Positions 37,795 through 48,392 of a stretch of DNA of 64,000 bases are shown piece after piece (within the stretch, counting starts at the first letter, position 1; every line of letters starts with the position of its first letter). The notes under the pieces are model-generated. The model was not told where the DNA came from. It saw nothing but the letters and a program-made list of their open reading frames with translations, and did not search any database. The translations under genes and the position numbers were made by a program. Origin of the DNA: a bacterium (lineage in GTDB: Bacteria; UBA8248; JACPRG01; G963555815); contig OZ244653.1 in the NCBI GenBank assembly GCA_965218795.1, positions 1,344,001-1,408,000 of the forward strand, in the 5' to 3' direction.

Positions 37795-40083
37795 ATGACC
37801 GATTATGCCGTATTGGGAAAAAACCTGCCTAGAGTAGACGGCTTGCCGAAAGCCACCGGCGAGTCGGAATACGCGGCCGACCGTGCCGTTCCGGGATGTC
37901 TGACGGGGAAAATCCTTCGAAGCCCCTATCCGCACGCCCGGATCCTGAACATCGACACCTCCGAAGCGGAGAAGGTGAAAGGGGTCAAGCTTGTCGTTTC
38001 GGGCAAGGACTTCCCCAACATTCATTATGGAATGTGGATTCTCGACGAAGTCCTCTTCGCCCGCGACAAGGTCCGATATGTCGGTGACGAGGTGGCGGGG
38101 GTGGCCGCCGTTGATGAGGACGCCGCGCAGGAGGCGCTGGATCTCATCCGGGTGGAATATGAGGAGCTTCCGGCCGTTTTCGACCCGGGGGAAGCCCTCC
38201 AGCAGGGCGCCCCCCTGGTCCACGAAGATTTTGCCGATACCAAGGCCATCTTCAACGTCGTCGGACGGGAGGGGAACCAGGCGTGCAAGGTTCGGTTCCA
38301 TCATGGGGACGTGGAGGAAGGACTCCACGAAGCGGACGAGGTCATTGAAAACCGGTTCACCACGCACCCTCAGCATCCAACCTACCTGGAAACCCATTCC
38401 GCCCTGGCCGAATGCGATTCCTCCATGAACCTGACCCTCTGGCTGACGACTCAGTCGGTCTTCAAAGCGCAGGAGCTTGTCAGCAAGCTCCTCGATCTGC
38501 CTCTCAGCAAGGTGCGGGTCATCGGCTCGACCGTCGGGGGCGGATTCGGCGGGAAGAAGCCGCGCGTCGAACAGTTTGCGGCCGCCATGGCATTGAAGAC
38601 CCGTAGCCCCGTCCGCATCACCCTCACGAGGGAAGAGGACCTGGCGACCACCTTCCAGCGGCACCCGACCATCGTCGATATCAAGACCGGCATCAAAAAA
38701 GACGGCACCCTGACGGCCTGGGACTTCCAGATGCTGATGGACACGGGGGCCTATTCCGACCACGGCCCTTCCATCATGGCGATGGGCGCGTTTCACGCGC
38801 GCGGGCCTTATCGGACGCCGCACGTCAACGTCGAAGGCCGCCTGGCCTACACCAACAAGACAATCAGCGGGGCCTTCCGGGGCTATGGCAATCCGCAGGT
38901 CGCCTGGGCCACCGAATCACAGATGGACATCATCGCGCAAACCTTGGGCATCGACCCGCTGGAACTGCGTCACAAGAACGCCATGCATCAGGGCGACCCG
39001 ATGGTGAACGGTCAGAAGTACCCCGAAGTGCGTCTTGTGGAGACCTTGGACCAGGCCGCCGAGGCCTTCGGCTGGAGGAAGGACGGGCAGCGGTCCAACA
39101 ACGGCAAGAAGCGCGGCATCGGCGTGGCATGCGGCTCCCACCCTTCGGGGGGAATGAGCTCATCGGCCTTGGTCAAGGTGATGGCAGACGGGACCATCCA
39201 GGTGTTGAGCGGCGTGATCGATATCGGACCCGGTCAGTACACCGTCGCCGCACAGATGGCGGCTGAGGCCCTCGGCGTGCCCTATGAGAAGGTGCGGATG
39301 GTCACCGCCGATACCGACGGCACCCCGTACGAGAACATCACTGCCGCCTCCCGGGTGACCTTCAACATGGGCCACTCCGTACGCCTGGCCGCCGAGGACG
39401 CTCGCAAGGAACTGATAACGCGAGCCGCGGAGATGCTGGAAGCGGACGTAGAAGATATAAAGACCGAAAGCGAGCGGGTCTTCATCGCCTCCACGCCCGA
39501 GCGCGGGCTGAGTTATTCCGACGTCGCCCGGGCCGCCAATATCTTCAAGGGCGGACCCATCGTGGGCAAAGGCTCTTTCAGCGCGTCACAACCGCCTCCG
39601 GTCATGGACAACATCGAAGGATCCACCATGATCGGATTCCCGACCCACGGCTTCGTTACGCATATGGCCGAAGTGGAAGTGGACGAAGAAACGGGGGAGG
39701 TCGAGGTGCTCCGGCTGGTCTGCTCTCACGACATCGGCCAGATTGTCAACGTCGGCGGCCTGGAGGGACAGATTGAGGGAGGAGTCACGCAGGGATTCGG
39801 TTTCGCCCTCGTGGAAGAAATGGTCTTCGAGGGGGGGACGCTCGCCAACGGGACCATGGTGGATTACAAGATCCCGAACATCCTGGACGTCCCGCCCATC
39901 GAACCACACTTCGTGGAAAAACCGGATCCCGCAGGGCCATTCGGCGCGAAAGGAGTCGCCGAGGCCGTCCTCGTTCCGACTGCTCCAGCCATCGCGAGCG
40001 CCGTGTTTGACGCCGTGGGGGCTCGTATCACCGACCTTCCGATAACACCCGACAAGGTGCTGCAAGCCTTGAAGAAACCCTGA
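37795..40083 (+). CDS. Xanthine dehydrogenase family molybdopterin-binding subunit (XDH2)
   Basis: GGGFGGK, AFRGYGNPQ, AASR, QIEGG, GAKGVAE, LPITPDKVL. Confidence 0.95.
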   Translation: MTDYAVLGKNLPRVDGLPKATGESEYAADRAVPGCLTGKILRSPYPHARILNIDTSEAEKVKGVKLVVSGKDFPNIHYGMWILDEVLFARDKVRYVGDEVAGVAAVDEDAAQEALDLIRVEYEELPAVFDPGEALQQGAPLVHEDFADTKAIFNVVGREGNQACKVRFHHGDVEEGLHEADEVIENRFTTHPQHPTYLETHSALAECDSSMNLTLWLTTQSVFKAQELVSKLLDLPLSKVRVIGSTVGGGFGGKKPRVEQFAAAMALKTRSPVRITLTREEDLATTFQRHPTIVDIKTGIKKDGTLTAWDFQMLMDTGAYSDHGPSIMAMGAFHARGPYRTPHVNVEGRLAYTNKTISGAFRGYGNPQVAWATESQMDIIAQTLGIDPLELRHKNAMHQGDPMVNGQKYPEVRLVETLDQAAEAFGWRKDGQRSNNGKKRGIGVACGSHPSGGMSSSALVKVMADGTIQVLSGVIDIGPGQYTVAAQMAAEALGVPYEKVRMVTADTDGTPYENITAASRVTFNMGHSVRLAAEDARKELITRAAEMLEADVEDIKTESERVFIASTPERGLSYSDVARAANIFKGGPIVGKGSFSASQPPPVMDNIEGSTMIGFPTHGFVTHMAEVEVDEETGEVEVLRLVCSHDIGQIVNVGGLEGQIEGGVTQGFGFALVEEMVFEGGTLANGTMVDYKIPNILDVPPIEPHFVEKPDPAGPFGAKGVAEAVLVPTAPAIASAVFDAVGARITDLPITPDKVLQALKKP

Positions 40084-40217
40084 TCTGCTCGTCCATGCTC
40101 CCTTTTCAATCCGGGAGGGGGGGGGCCGGATGTCGCCGGCGGTTCCGGTCGTGTTCCGGTCCCCTTTTTTCGTTCCGACGGGCCGGGGGCGATACGGGCC
40201 CGGACATTGATCCCGTC

Positions 40218-41456
40218 ATGACCGCTCAACGCCTCTCCATCTGGGTACTCGCAGGGATCAACCTGTGCATCATGTTGGGACTCGGACTCGTCGGCCCGGT
40301 CCTGCCACTGTATGCGGAGAGCTTTGGAGTCAGCTATTCCACGGTCGGGCTCCTGATTGCGCTTTTTCCCACCGTTCGGCTGTTCACGAACCTTCCAAGC
40401 GGAATCTGGGGGGCGCGCTACGGGGAGAGACGGGTCTGCACCGCCGGGGCCTCCCTGGTTGCCTGCGGGGCATTCATCTCCGGCTCCGCACCGAACTTCG
40501 GTTGGCTGATTCTGGGCCAGGCGCTCCAGGGAATGGGCTCCTCCCTCCTTGTCACCAACGTCATGAGCTTCATCATCCGCACCACTCCCAACGAGCGGAT
40601 GGGGAAAACCATGAGTGTCTATCACGCCTCTTTTTCAACGGGCGTTTCCATTGGCCCGATTGTCGGCGGCCTGCTGGGCGGGTTGGGCGGGTTCCGGCTT
40701 CCATTCCTCGCATACGGATTGCTTGCGGCAACCAGCGCCATCCTGACCTGGCTGTTCGTGCAGGACGCCCCGAGCGAAAGAGAAGCCCATCGAGAAGTAG
40801 GGTTTTTCAAGCAGAAGGACGAGATCAAGCGGCTGTTCCGAAATTTTGAATACGTCCTCGCCCTCCTGTTGACGATGGTGCTCTTTTGGGTGAGATCCGG
40901 TGCTCGGCACACGACGCTTCCCTTGTATGCGCGGGACGCGGCGGGGCTGGACACCCTGCATACGGGCTTCCTGCTGACCATCATCCAAGTGACCAGTCTG
41001 ATCGTCCTGTGGCCCGCCGGGCGCGCGGTGGATCGCAGCCGAAAGGCAGTGGCCATCAGCGCCAATCTGGCGGTCGCCCTGTCGGTGATGTCGCTCGGGT
41101 GGGTCGATACCTTCAGCGGCCTGGTCCTGGTGACCATCCTCTTTGGAATCACAATGGGGTTTTGCGGCATGCCCCCTTCGGTGATCGCTTCCGACGTCAT
41201 GCCGGCCAAGGTGCGCGGCGCCGGTCTCGGCCTGTTTCGAATGGCCGGCGATATCGGGTTCATCATCGGCCCGATCATGAGCGGTCTGGCAATCTCCTAC
41301 CTGGGGTATCAATGGACATTCATGGTCCTTGCCATGGCAGCCTTGATCGCCGGGTTGCTGGCCTTCAGAATGACAGAGACATTGAAGCCATCCGGGTCCG
41401 GGAAGGAAAGAGACGAATCCTTTGTAGCGGAGCGGGCGGGCGGGATTCCCCCTTGA
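40218..41456 (+). CDS. MFS transporter
   Basis: About 12 TM segments; PVLPLYA; GFIIGP. Confidence 0.9.
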   Translation: MTAQRLSIWVLAGINLCIMLGLGLVGPVLPLYAESFGVSYSTVGLLIALFPTVRLFTNLPSGIWGARYGERRVCTAGASLVACGAFISGSAPNFGWLILGQALQGMGSSLLVTNVMSFIIRTTPNERMGKTMSVYHASFSTGVSIGPIVGGLLGGLGGFRLPFLAYGLLAATSAILTWLFVQDAPSEREAHREVGFFKQKDEIKRLFRNFEYVLALLLTMVLFWVRSGARHTTLPLYARDAAGLDTLHTGFLLTIIQVTSLIVLWPAGRAVDRSRKAVAISANLAVALSVMSLGWVDTFSGLVLVTILFGITMGFCGMPPSVIASDVMPAKVRGAGLGLFRMAGDIGFIIGPIMSGLAISYLGYQWTFMVLAMAALIAGLLAFRMTETLKPSGSGKERDESFVAERAGGIPP

Positions 41457-41482
41457 CCCCATTGCGCTCAATGAGAGGACGC

Positions 41483-41806
41483 ATGTCACATTTCGTCAAG
41501 ATTGGCGCTATCGACGAATTTCCAGAGGGAAAGGGAAGAATTGTCAGTGCCGCTCGAAAACCGGTGGCCGTTTTCAAGATCGACGGAGAGATTTACGCGG
41601 TCAACAATATCTGTCCTCACCTTGGGGGCCCCATTGGCGGCGGCGAGATTGAAGGGACGGTTGTTTCCTGCCCCTACCACGCCATGCGTTTTGATATCAG
41701 GAGCGGACACTCGACGGATTCCTTCGGGCATTCACTGCAGACTTATTCGGTGAAGATAGAAGATGACGAGGTCTGGGTGGATGCCTGGTGGGCCAAAAAA
41801 GAATAA
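41483..41806 (+). CDS. Rieske [2Fe-2S] ferredoxin (NirD/BphF-like)
   Basis: CPHLGG...CPYH motif. Confidence 0.92.
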   Translation: MSHFVKIGAIDEFPEGKGRIVSAARKPVAVFKIDGEIYAVNNICPHLGGPIGGGEIEGTVVSCPYHAMRFDIRSGHSTDSFGHSLQTYSVKIEDDEVWVDAWWAKKE

Positions 41807-41809
41807 CCG

Positions 41810-42030
41810 ATGGTGTCTATCCCCATCGGGGGGAAAAGTCTCGGCAGCGGCACCAGACAGGATGTCCGCGTGGTCTGCCCTTCACACCGGGAGCGGTTCG
41901 ACCTGCGAACCGGAAAATCCGCCGATGAATTCGGACATGAAGTTCAGACTGGTGAGATCATCACGGACGAGGATGATGTCTATCTGGAAGTCTGGCAGGT
42001 GCCCGAGAAGGCCACGCCGTTCAAGCCCGA
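41810..42030 (+). pseudogene. Degenerate tandem copy of the Rieske ferredoxin
   Basis: VVCPSHRERFDLRTGKSADEFGHEVQT..DEDDVYLEVW aligns with the upstream gene's VSCPYHAMRFDIRSGHSTDSFGHSLQT..EDDEVWVDAW; first CxH lost. Confidence 0.65.
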
Positions 42031-42125
42031 ACCGGCGCCGGGCCGCACATCAGCGAAACGGGGAGTTCTCTCAACTCCACGTAAAGGCCGAACAGGCGGA
42101 ACCCGTCGAAGTGGAAAGCAAGCCT

Positions 42126-43844
42126 TCATTCCTGACGGTCGTGAACGGCCGGGGCGTATGAGTCTTGACTCGCCCTGTTTTGCGGAGCGGCCGGCCGAAA
42201 CGGACGATTCCTCAGCAAAACGGTCCGATGACGGTCACCAAAGCGTATGTCCCGCCGGACCACCTCCATCATGGACCGGAGGTCTTCAGGCATCGAACGA
42301 TAGTCCTTCACCAGCATGAAGATGTACGCCGTTCCCTGGAAATCCTTCAAGAAGTATCTCAGCCGCCAGGGCTGCCGAAAAAAGTAGAACTCTCCCGCCT
42401 TCTTGCCGTCCTCGAGACCCTTTGGCCCATATAGGGCCAAGGACGCCTTCCCCAGCCTGTAGGAAACGATGTGCGCCCCGTCGGCCGTGCGAACGACATC
42501 CCGGGCGGCACCAGCGGTGGAAAGACGGCTGTTGATGTAGGGCACCACCGTCCACTGCGCCGCCACCTGGACGACCAGGATTCCCGCCAGGAAGACCCCC
42601 ACCGCCCGATTCAAATGGCCGCTTTTCAGCAGCCAGAGCGCGACGGCTCCCGCGGCCGCGAAGAGCGCCCCGATGGCGGCCGCGGAAGTCAGCAATTCGG
42701 GCTCCGCGAGGCCGGCCCAGATGGGAAATCCCACCCCGCCGAAGATCATTCCGGCAAACGTAACCGCGAAAAGCCAGAATCCCAATCGCCCCCAGATCGT
42801 CCAATCCCCGTTCTCTTTGCCGAAGACCTCGTAGGCCAGGAAATGACCCGTCAGCAGAGCGGCGGGCGGCAATGCGGGAAGAATGTAGGAGGGCCGCTTG
42901 GAGGTGGACAGGCTGAAAAAGAGGAAGACGCACGCCCACCACAGAAAAATCAGGGTCTCCGAGTCCCGGGTTCGCCAGTTTCGCGAAGCGCCGTATCCCA
43001 GGGCCGCCAGCACCAGCCCCATCCAGGGGATAGAGTTGGGCGGAAAGTATCCCGCGTAAAAGTATACGGGGTTTTTGTGGTCGAATGCGCTCAGGTACCG
43101 GGTGACATTTTGCCGGAACAGCATCTCCCAAAGATGCTCGCCACCCGCAGCCCGGGCGTAGACCCAATACCACGGAAGAATGATCACCAAGAGGATCAGG
43201 ACTCCCGCGGCATAAGACCATCCGGGGAACTGCGACCACCGTGTGCGCAGCGTCAGATAAAGAAAACCCGTCAGCGCCGGCAGAACGGTCCCGACCGGTC
43301 CTTTGCTCATCGTGCCGAGAGCGGCCGCGACGAATGCACCAACCATCCAGGCCCCCGCTCCCCGTTCCTCTTCCGCTCCCAGGATGATGAATCCAATGGA
43401 GAGGGTCATGAAGAACGTCAGAAGCATGTCGGAACGGGCGAACCGAGCGCTGTCCCAAAAAAGAAAGGCCGTGCTGAGGATCAAGGCGCCAAGAAATCCC
43501 GCCGGGCTTCCAAATAAACGGTTGCCCACGAAAAAGAGGAAAAGAACGGTTCCCAGCGCGGCCAGGGCCGAAGGGAGACGTGCCGTCCACTCGCTCACGC
43601 CGCCTGCCACCTTGGAGAGAGCAGCAACCGTCCAAGTAAACAGCGGAGGCTTGGTGCCGTGAGGCCGGTACGACCAACGGGGGACCACCCAATCCCCGGT
43701 TTCGATCATCGTCCGGGCCTGGAGCGCAAAACGCGACTCTTCATTGTCCATCAGATGCTTCGAGTCCAGCCGCAGGAAGAACATGACCGCCGACACGAAC
43801 AGCAGAATGAGGATCTGGACCTTTTTCGATTGAGCGATCATCAT
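42126..43844 (-). CDS. ArnT/PMT_2 family glycosyltransferase
   Basis: ESRFALQARTM..GDWVVP..KPPL; KGPVG; SKRPSYILP. Confidence 0.9.
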   Translation of the reverse strand: MMIAQSKKVQILILLFVSAVMFFLRLDSKHLMDNEESRFALQARTMIETGDWVVPRWSYRPHGTKPPLFTWTVAALSKVAGGVSEWTARLPSALAALGTVLFLFFVGNRLFGSPAGFLGALILSTAFLFWDSARFARSDMLLTFFMTLSIGFIILGAEEERGAGAWMVGAFVAAALGTMSKGPVGTVLPALTGFLYLTLRTRWSQFPGWSYAAGVLILLVIILPWYWVYARAAGGEHLWEMLFRQNVTRYLSAFDHKNPVYFYAGYFPPNSIPWMGLVLAALGYGASRNWRTRDSETLIFLWWACVFLFFSLSTSKRPSYILPALPPAALLTGHFLAYEVFGKENGDWTIWGRLGFWLFAVTFAGMIFGGVGFPIWAGLAEPELLTSAAAIGALFAAAGAVALWLLKSGHLNRAVGVFLAGILVVQVAAQWTVVPYINSRLSTAGAARDVVRTADGAHIVSYRLGKASLALYGPKGLEDGKKAGEFYFFRQPWRLRYFLKDFQGTAYIFMLVKDYRSMPEDLRSMMEVVRRDIRFGDRHRTVLLRNRPFRPAAPQNRASQDSYAPAVHDRQE

Positions 43845-45574
43845 CCGGAGGCGGGCCCGGCTCCGTTATATTCCGGGGGATCATGGGGAGGGAACGGTCG
43901 GTTGGTCAGGAGAACAAGGGACTCTTTCCGATATCTGAGGTTTCCGCTGAGAACGTGTGATCCCACCAACGCTTCCGGCCGCATGGATTCATAATTCTTC
44001 CGGCTCATCAAGACGAAGACCGGGTCCTGATGATATTGAAAGAAGTATCGCAGCTTCCCCCAATCGTAGATGTAATACACCTCACCCATCCCGGCGGGCT
44101 TGTAAAAGTCGAGGGACGCCTTCGAGAACCGATAGCTGACAAGATGATGCGGGCCGACCAGGGCCGCTACTCGCTGGGCATGGGGACGGGGAGATTTCCT
44201 CCGTTCCAAATAAGGGGCCGCAATCGGCTGAACGATGAGATGGACAATCAAGAAACCCATGGGGATGATCAGCGTGACCCGGCCCAGCGTGGCCCGGAAG
44301 CTGTCGCGCAGCAGCCATCCGCCCAGGATGAGCAGAGGGAGTGCCACCGCAATCGCGGGCACCAGATACATCCGAGTCTTCAGGGCGACAACGATCGGTC
44401 CCACCACGGCAAGGGCCAGGGCGGCGACAGCCAAGCCGCGGAACACTCCGATGCCGACTTTCCGCCATCCGGCCAGATAGCGACCGACCGGCGCGACCGC
44501 CGTCGAAAGAAAAGCGGCCGTGATGAACGCGGCGGCGGGATACAGGGCCAGGATGTATTGGTTTCTCTTGGACGAGGACAGGCTGAAGAAAATGAAGATG
44601 ACGGCGAACCAAATGACTGCCGTTCCGTAATCCGCCGTCTGGGACTTACGTCTGACCCACGCCCACGCGGCCCCCACCAGGAAGATCGGCGTCCACGGCA
44701 TGAAATCCCCCGCGAAAACAATGGCAAAGTAATAGAAGGGTTGGCGATGGTCGAAGGCGGCAAAAAAGCGCTGCCAATTCTCGCGGACGATCACCTCGCG
44801 GGCCACGGTCTCCCCCGCAGCTTGCTGATACAGCCAATACCAAGAGCCGTAAACGGCCATCGCGACCACCAGTCCGACAATGTGGGCCCCGTAGGGGACA
44901 TCCCCCCAGTTCCGCCGCGACAGGGTGACGCTCAGGAGGATGAATCCCAGCAGGAGCAGACCCACCGGTCCCTTGGTCAACATTGCCAATCCCGCCGAGG
45001 CATACCCTCCCGCGGTCCATAGGTAGCGAACGAAACCCTCCCGGGATTGGCCTCTCAGCACCCATGCCGCCGCGAGCAGGACGAAGAACAAGAGCAACAT
45101 GTCCGTCTGGGTGATCCTTGCACTTCGGTAGAAGATGACGTTGGTGCAGACGACCAATCCCGCGATGAAGGGGACCGGATACGGGAAGAACTGTCTCCCG
45201 AGAAAATATGTGAGGACGACCACTCCCACTCCGGCCAGCGCCGAAGGCATCCGGGCGGACCAGGCGTTCACATCTCCGGCGAGCTTCGAAAAACCGGCGA
45301 TGGCCAAGGGCAAGAACGGCGGCTTGGTCGCCTGCGGGCGGTGAGACCAGCGCGGGACGACCCAGTCGCCGGTTTCGGCCATGTTTCTGGCGATCAGCCC
45401 GAATCGGGTTTCAGCGTTATCCACGAGGCTGGTGGAGCCGAGCCCATACAGGGTGATGACCGCGGCGAACAGGGCCAACGCGATGGCTTCACCCCAGACC
45501 GTGGCGAGCAGGAAAGGTTTTTTCTGATGTCCAGATTCTTGATCGATCGAAGGCCCGGTACCGGAGAACGTCAT
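43841..45574 (-). CDS. ArnT/PMT_2 family glycosyltransferase (tandem paralog)
   Basis: ETRFGLIARNM..GDWVVP..KPPF; TKGPVG; SKRNQYIL. Confidence 0.9.
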   Translation of the reverse strand: MTFSGTGPSIDQESGHQKKPFLLATVWGEAIALALFAAVITLYGLGSTSLVDNAETRFGLIARNMAETGDWVVPRWSHRPQATKPPFLPLAIAGFSKLAGDVNAWSARMPSALAGVGVVVLTYFLGRQFFPYPVPFIAGLVVCTNVIFYRSARITQTDMLLLFFVLLAAAWVLRGQSREGFVRYLWTAGGYASAGLAMLTKGPVGLLLLGFILLSVTLSRRNWGDVPYGAHIVGLVVAMAVYGSWYWLYQQAAGETVAREVIVRENWQRFFAAFDHRQPFYYFAIVFAGDFMPWTPIFLVGAAWAWVRRKSQTADYGTAVIWFAVIFIFFSLSSSKRNQYILALYPAAAFITAAFLSTAVAPVGRYLAGWRKVGIGVFRGLAVAALALAVVGPIVVALKTRMYLVPAIAVALPLLILGGWLLRDSFRATLGRVTLIIPMGFLIVHLIVQPIAAPYLERRKSPRPHAQRVAALVGPHHLVSYRFSKASLDFYKPAGMGEVYYIYDWGKLRYFFQYHQDPVFVLMSRKNYESMRPEALVGSHVLSGNLRYRKESLVLLTNRPFPPHDPPEYNGAGPASG

Positions 45575-45699
45575 GGAAGGACGATAACAGATTTCCGAAG
45601 CCAGCCAAAGGCCGCCCGGGAATTCGGTCGGGAGGGCGGAATCCATCGAATCACCACACAGAGAAGTTTCCGTTCATCCCGAAGATTGTTGGGAAGCCT

Positions 45700-46516
45700 A
45701 GGGCCTGTTCACACTAGCGCAGTGCATCGACGATGAGCGCGAACAGGATGAAGCCGAGGTACAGGGCGTCGAGTTTCTCGAAGCGGGTAAAGATCCGGCG
45801 GAAGCCCTTCAATCGCCGGAACAGACGCTCGATCTCGTTGCGCCTCTTGTACGTCTCCCGGTCGTATGCCCAGGGATCGTGCCGGGTCCTAAGAGGCGGA
45901 ACCACGGGCGTGTACCCCAGCGCCAAGGCCAGTTGGCGTGTCTCGCTGCCCTCGTATGCGCGATCCATCACCAGGGACGGGTTGCCCGACCGCCGACCCA
46001 GGCGGTTCAGCAGCTTGCGCCCTTCCGGCGCATCGTGTGCCTGTCCGGGCGACAGCGAGAACGTCAAGGCCGTTCGAGCATCCGCGGCAACCAGATGAAT
46101 CTTGGTGGTCCAGCCGCCCCGCGACTTGCCGATGGACTGGGGGCCGTTTTTTGTAGCGCCCCGGTTCCATCGGGATGGACCTTGACGAGGGTGCTGTCCA
46201 GCGACACCGCTTCGAGCTTGATGCGCACGATCCGTTCCCGCTGCAACTGCTCGAAGACCCGGTCGAGCACCCCGTTCTTGGACCAGCGGTTCATCCGGGT
46301 GTAGATGGTGTGCCAGTTGCCGAACCGGGTCGGCAGCCCCCGCCACTTGCAGCCATGCTCGGCGACGTACAGGATGGCGTTGAGCACTTGCAGGTTCGAC
46401 ACGCTGACGTTGCCGCGCTGCACCGGCAGGGAGGGCGCAATGCGTTCGTACTGAGCTTGGGTGATCTCCATCCGCAAAGGATAACATAACCCCACCCATT
46501 AGTGCTAACAGGCCCT
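45700..46516 (-). mobile_element. IS5 family insertion sequence (IS427-like group)
   Basis: Terminal inverted repeats AGGGCCTGTTCACACT (45700) and AGTGCTAACAGGCCCT (46501-46516). Confidence 0.9.
45714..46471 (-). CDS. IS5 transposase, two ORFs joined by a probable programmed -1 frameshift
   Basis: orfA LNAILYV..GCKWRGLP..WHTIYTR; orfB GKSRGGWTTKIH..DRAY..YKRRNEIERLF; A6 slippery run at 46147-46152. Confidence 0.9.
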
Positions 46517-46523
46517 GGTTGGA

Positions 46524-46973
46524 TCACACCAGGACTATTTCCTCGGTGATATCCACCGCCTGGGCGAACGTCCGGTGGACGGGGCAGCGGGACCGGAAGG
46601 CTTCCACGAGCCTCTCCACACCGGCACGATCCGCGCCCGCGCCCGGTTTCACCCGATATGTCAGCCGGACGGCATCGAGGATCGGGTCCGCGGCTTCGCC
46701 TTTCACGCCTCTTGGGTCAAAATCCCCCTCGACTTCGGCCGAGATGTCTTCAACGGGGACTTCCATCGTTCGGGCCAGATACTGAACGAACAAAACCGCG
46801 CAGGCGGCGAGCGGGCCGATCAGCGCCTCGACGGGGTTCACTGCCTCGTTGGGCCCGTCGATCAATGGGGGCGCATCGAGCCTGTACTCGTGACCCCGGA
46901 CCTGACACACCGCCTGTCCGGTACCGACGAGCCTCGAACCAGCCTTCACCGTAGCCATTTTCACATCCGCCAT
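46524..46973 (-). CDS. OsmC family protein (Cys form)
   Basis: DAPPLIDGPNEAVNPVEALIGPLAAC...RCPVHRT. Confidence 0.85.
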   Translation of the reverse strand: MADVKMATVKAGSRLVGTGQAVCQVRGHEYRLDAPPLIDGPNEAVNPVEALIGPLAACAVLFVQYLARTMEVPVEDISAEVEGDFDPRGVKGEAADPILDAVRLTYRVKPGAGADRAGVERLVEAFRSRCPVHRTFAQAVDITEEIVLV

Positions 46974-47019
46974 CTGAATTCTCCTCCCGGTCGATTCAGA
47001 GCTGATGGGTCCTCCGCCG

Positions 47020-48300
47020 TCAATCTTGCGCTCCAGGACTGGAAGGACCTGAAGAGCCGAGTTTCTCGAAAGCTTCAAAGGCCTCAGTAAAGCATCTCAT
47101 GGGAGGGTGGGCAATACCTGCCCCCACCTGGCCGACGCCCGCGTCACGGTGGGCGATGCCCGTGTTGATCACGGGGCGGATGCCCGTCTCCACGACGCGA
47201 CACACATCAATCCCCGTTGGCGTCCCCTCAAAATTCATGGCGGGGATTGGAAAGGCAGGATGATTTCCGATGGTGATTCGGTCCATTTCCCGGGTATGGC
47301 GGAAGGCGTCTTCGACCTCCCCCGCGCCAACGAAACCTACGACCGCGGGCGCGGCCGCCATGGCAAACCCGCCGACACCGAGGGTCTCGATGATTGCGCT
47401 GTCTCCGATGTCGGGATTGGCGTCCTCCGGCCGGTACCCCGGGAAGTAGAGGCCCCGAGGCATCTCCACCGGCGCCGTGAACCACCGATCGCCCAACCCC
47501 GAGACGCGGATTCCGAAATCGGTGCCGTTCCGGCTCATGCAGGTCACAAGGGTCGAGCCCTCCACGTCGCGCGCCGGGTCCATCGAGGCTTTTCCAGCAG
47601 CCATGGCCAGGTTCAGGAAAAACTGATCATTGCCCGTCAGGAACCGGACCGCGCGCACCAGAGCCGGTTTACGAATCGGCTGGGCCGCCACGGTTGGAAG
47701 AACCTTTCGGGCGAAGATGGCCGTCGCCGCTACGTTTCGCTGGTGCATCTCATCGCCCATGGAGAGCGCCTGCGCCATGATGGGACGCAGAGAAATCGGT
47801 CCTTCGGCGCGCAGAACCTCCCGGAGGAGAGGACCGAAATCCCGCTCCAGCCACCTCAGACGGGCGATCACGCTTCGGTCGTTCGCTCCGAACCGCATGA
47901 CCTTCCCCAGTCCCTCATTGATCGTGCAGAAGGCGCGGTTGCCGGATTCCCGGTTCTCCACGACGAAGACAGGCATGGATTCCGTGATGATACCCGTCAT
48001 GGGACCCACCGCGTTGTAGTGGTGATTGGGATGAAAGTTGAGCTTGCCGGCCTCGGCCAACCCGCGGGCCTCGCGGTCCGTACGCGCCCACCCCTCATAG
48101 CGGCATGCGCCCAGGACCGCCCCCTGAAGCGGGCCACACATGGACTGCCACTCCACGGGAGGTCCCGCATGGAGAACGACGTGAGCCTCGAGGGCCGGGA
48201 TCACTTCCCGGGCGGGAACCACATCCTCCAGGACGGGGTCCGCCGCCAAGACAAGCGCCAGCGCTTGCTCGTTGGCAAGGTCTCTTTTGGATACGGGCAT
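47020..48300 (-). CDS. DUF1116 (YlbE/YahG, AllG-like) protein
   Basis: LHAGPP, AVGPMTG, NEGLGKVMRFGA, MGDEMHQRN, PDIGDSAI, INTGIAH..GQVGAG. Confidence 0.9.
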   Translation of the reverse strand: MPVSKRDLANEQALALVLAADPVLEDVVPAREVIPALEAHVVLHAGPPVEWQSMCGPLQGAVLGACRYEGWARTDREARGLAEAGKLNFHPNHHYNAVGPMTGIITESMPVFVVENRESGNRAFCTINEGLGKVMRFGANDRSVIARLRWLERDFGPLLREVLRAEGPISLRPIMAQALSMGDEMHQRNVAATAIFARKVLPTVAAQPIRKPALVRAVRFLTGNDQFFLNLAMAAGKASMDPARDVEGSTLVTCMSRNGTDFGIRVSGLGDRWFTAPVEMPRGLYFPGYRPEDANPDIGDSAIIETLGVGGFAMAAAPAVVGFVGAGEVEDAFRHTREMDRITIGNHPAFPIPAMNFEGTPTGIDVCRVVETGIRPVINTGIAHRDAGVGQVGAGIAHPPMRCFTEAFEAFEKLGSSGPSSPGAQD

Positions 48301-48392
48301 AGAGAGGATCAACCGGTCAGGCAATGGCCGATTCGTCGCAAGCCTGTCGAATTCGCCCGGCCTGGAGATCGGAAACCATCCGGGACGACCGA

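Noticed and set aside
41995-42015. GTGCCCGAGAAGG as another XDH-tail site
   Set aside because: Lies in the degenerate ferredoxin frame, and the following residues do not resemble an XDH tail
46147-46152. IS5 transposase frameshift as pseudogenisation
   Set aside because: An A-run at this position is the usual programmed frameshift of two-ORF IS5 elements
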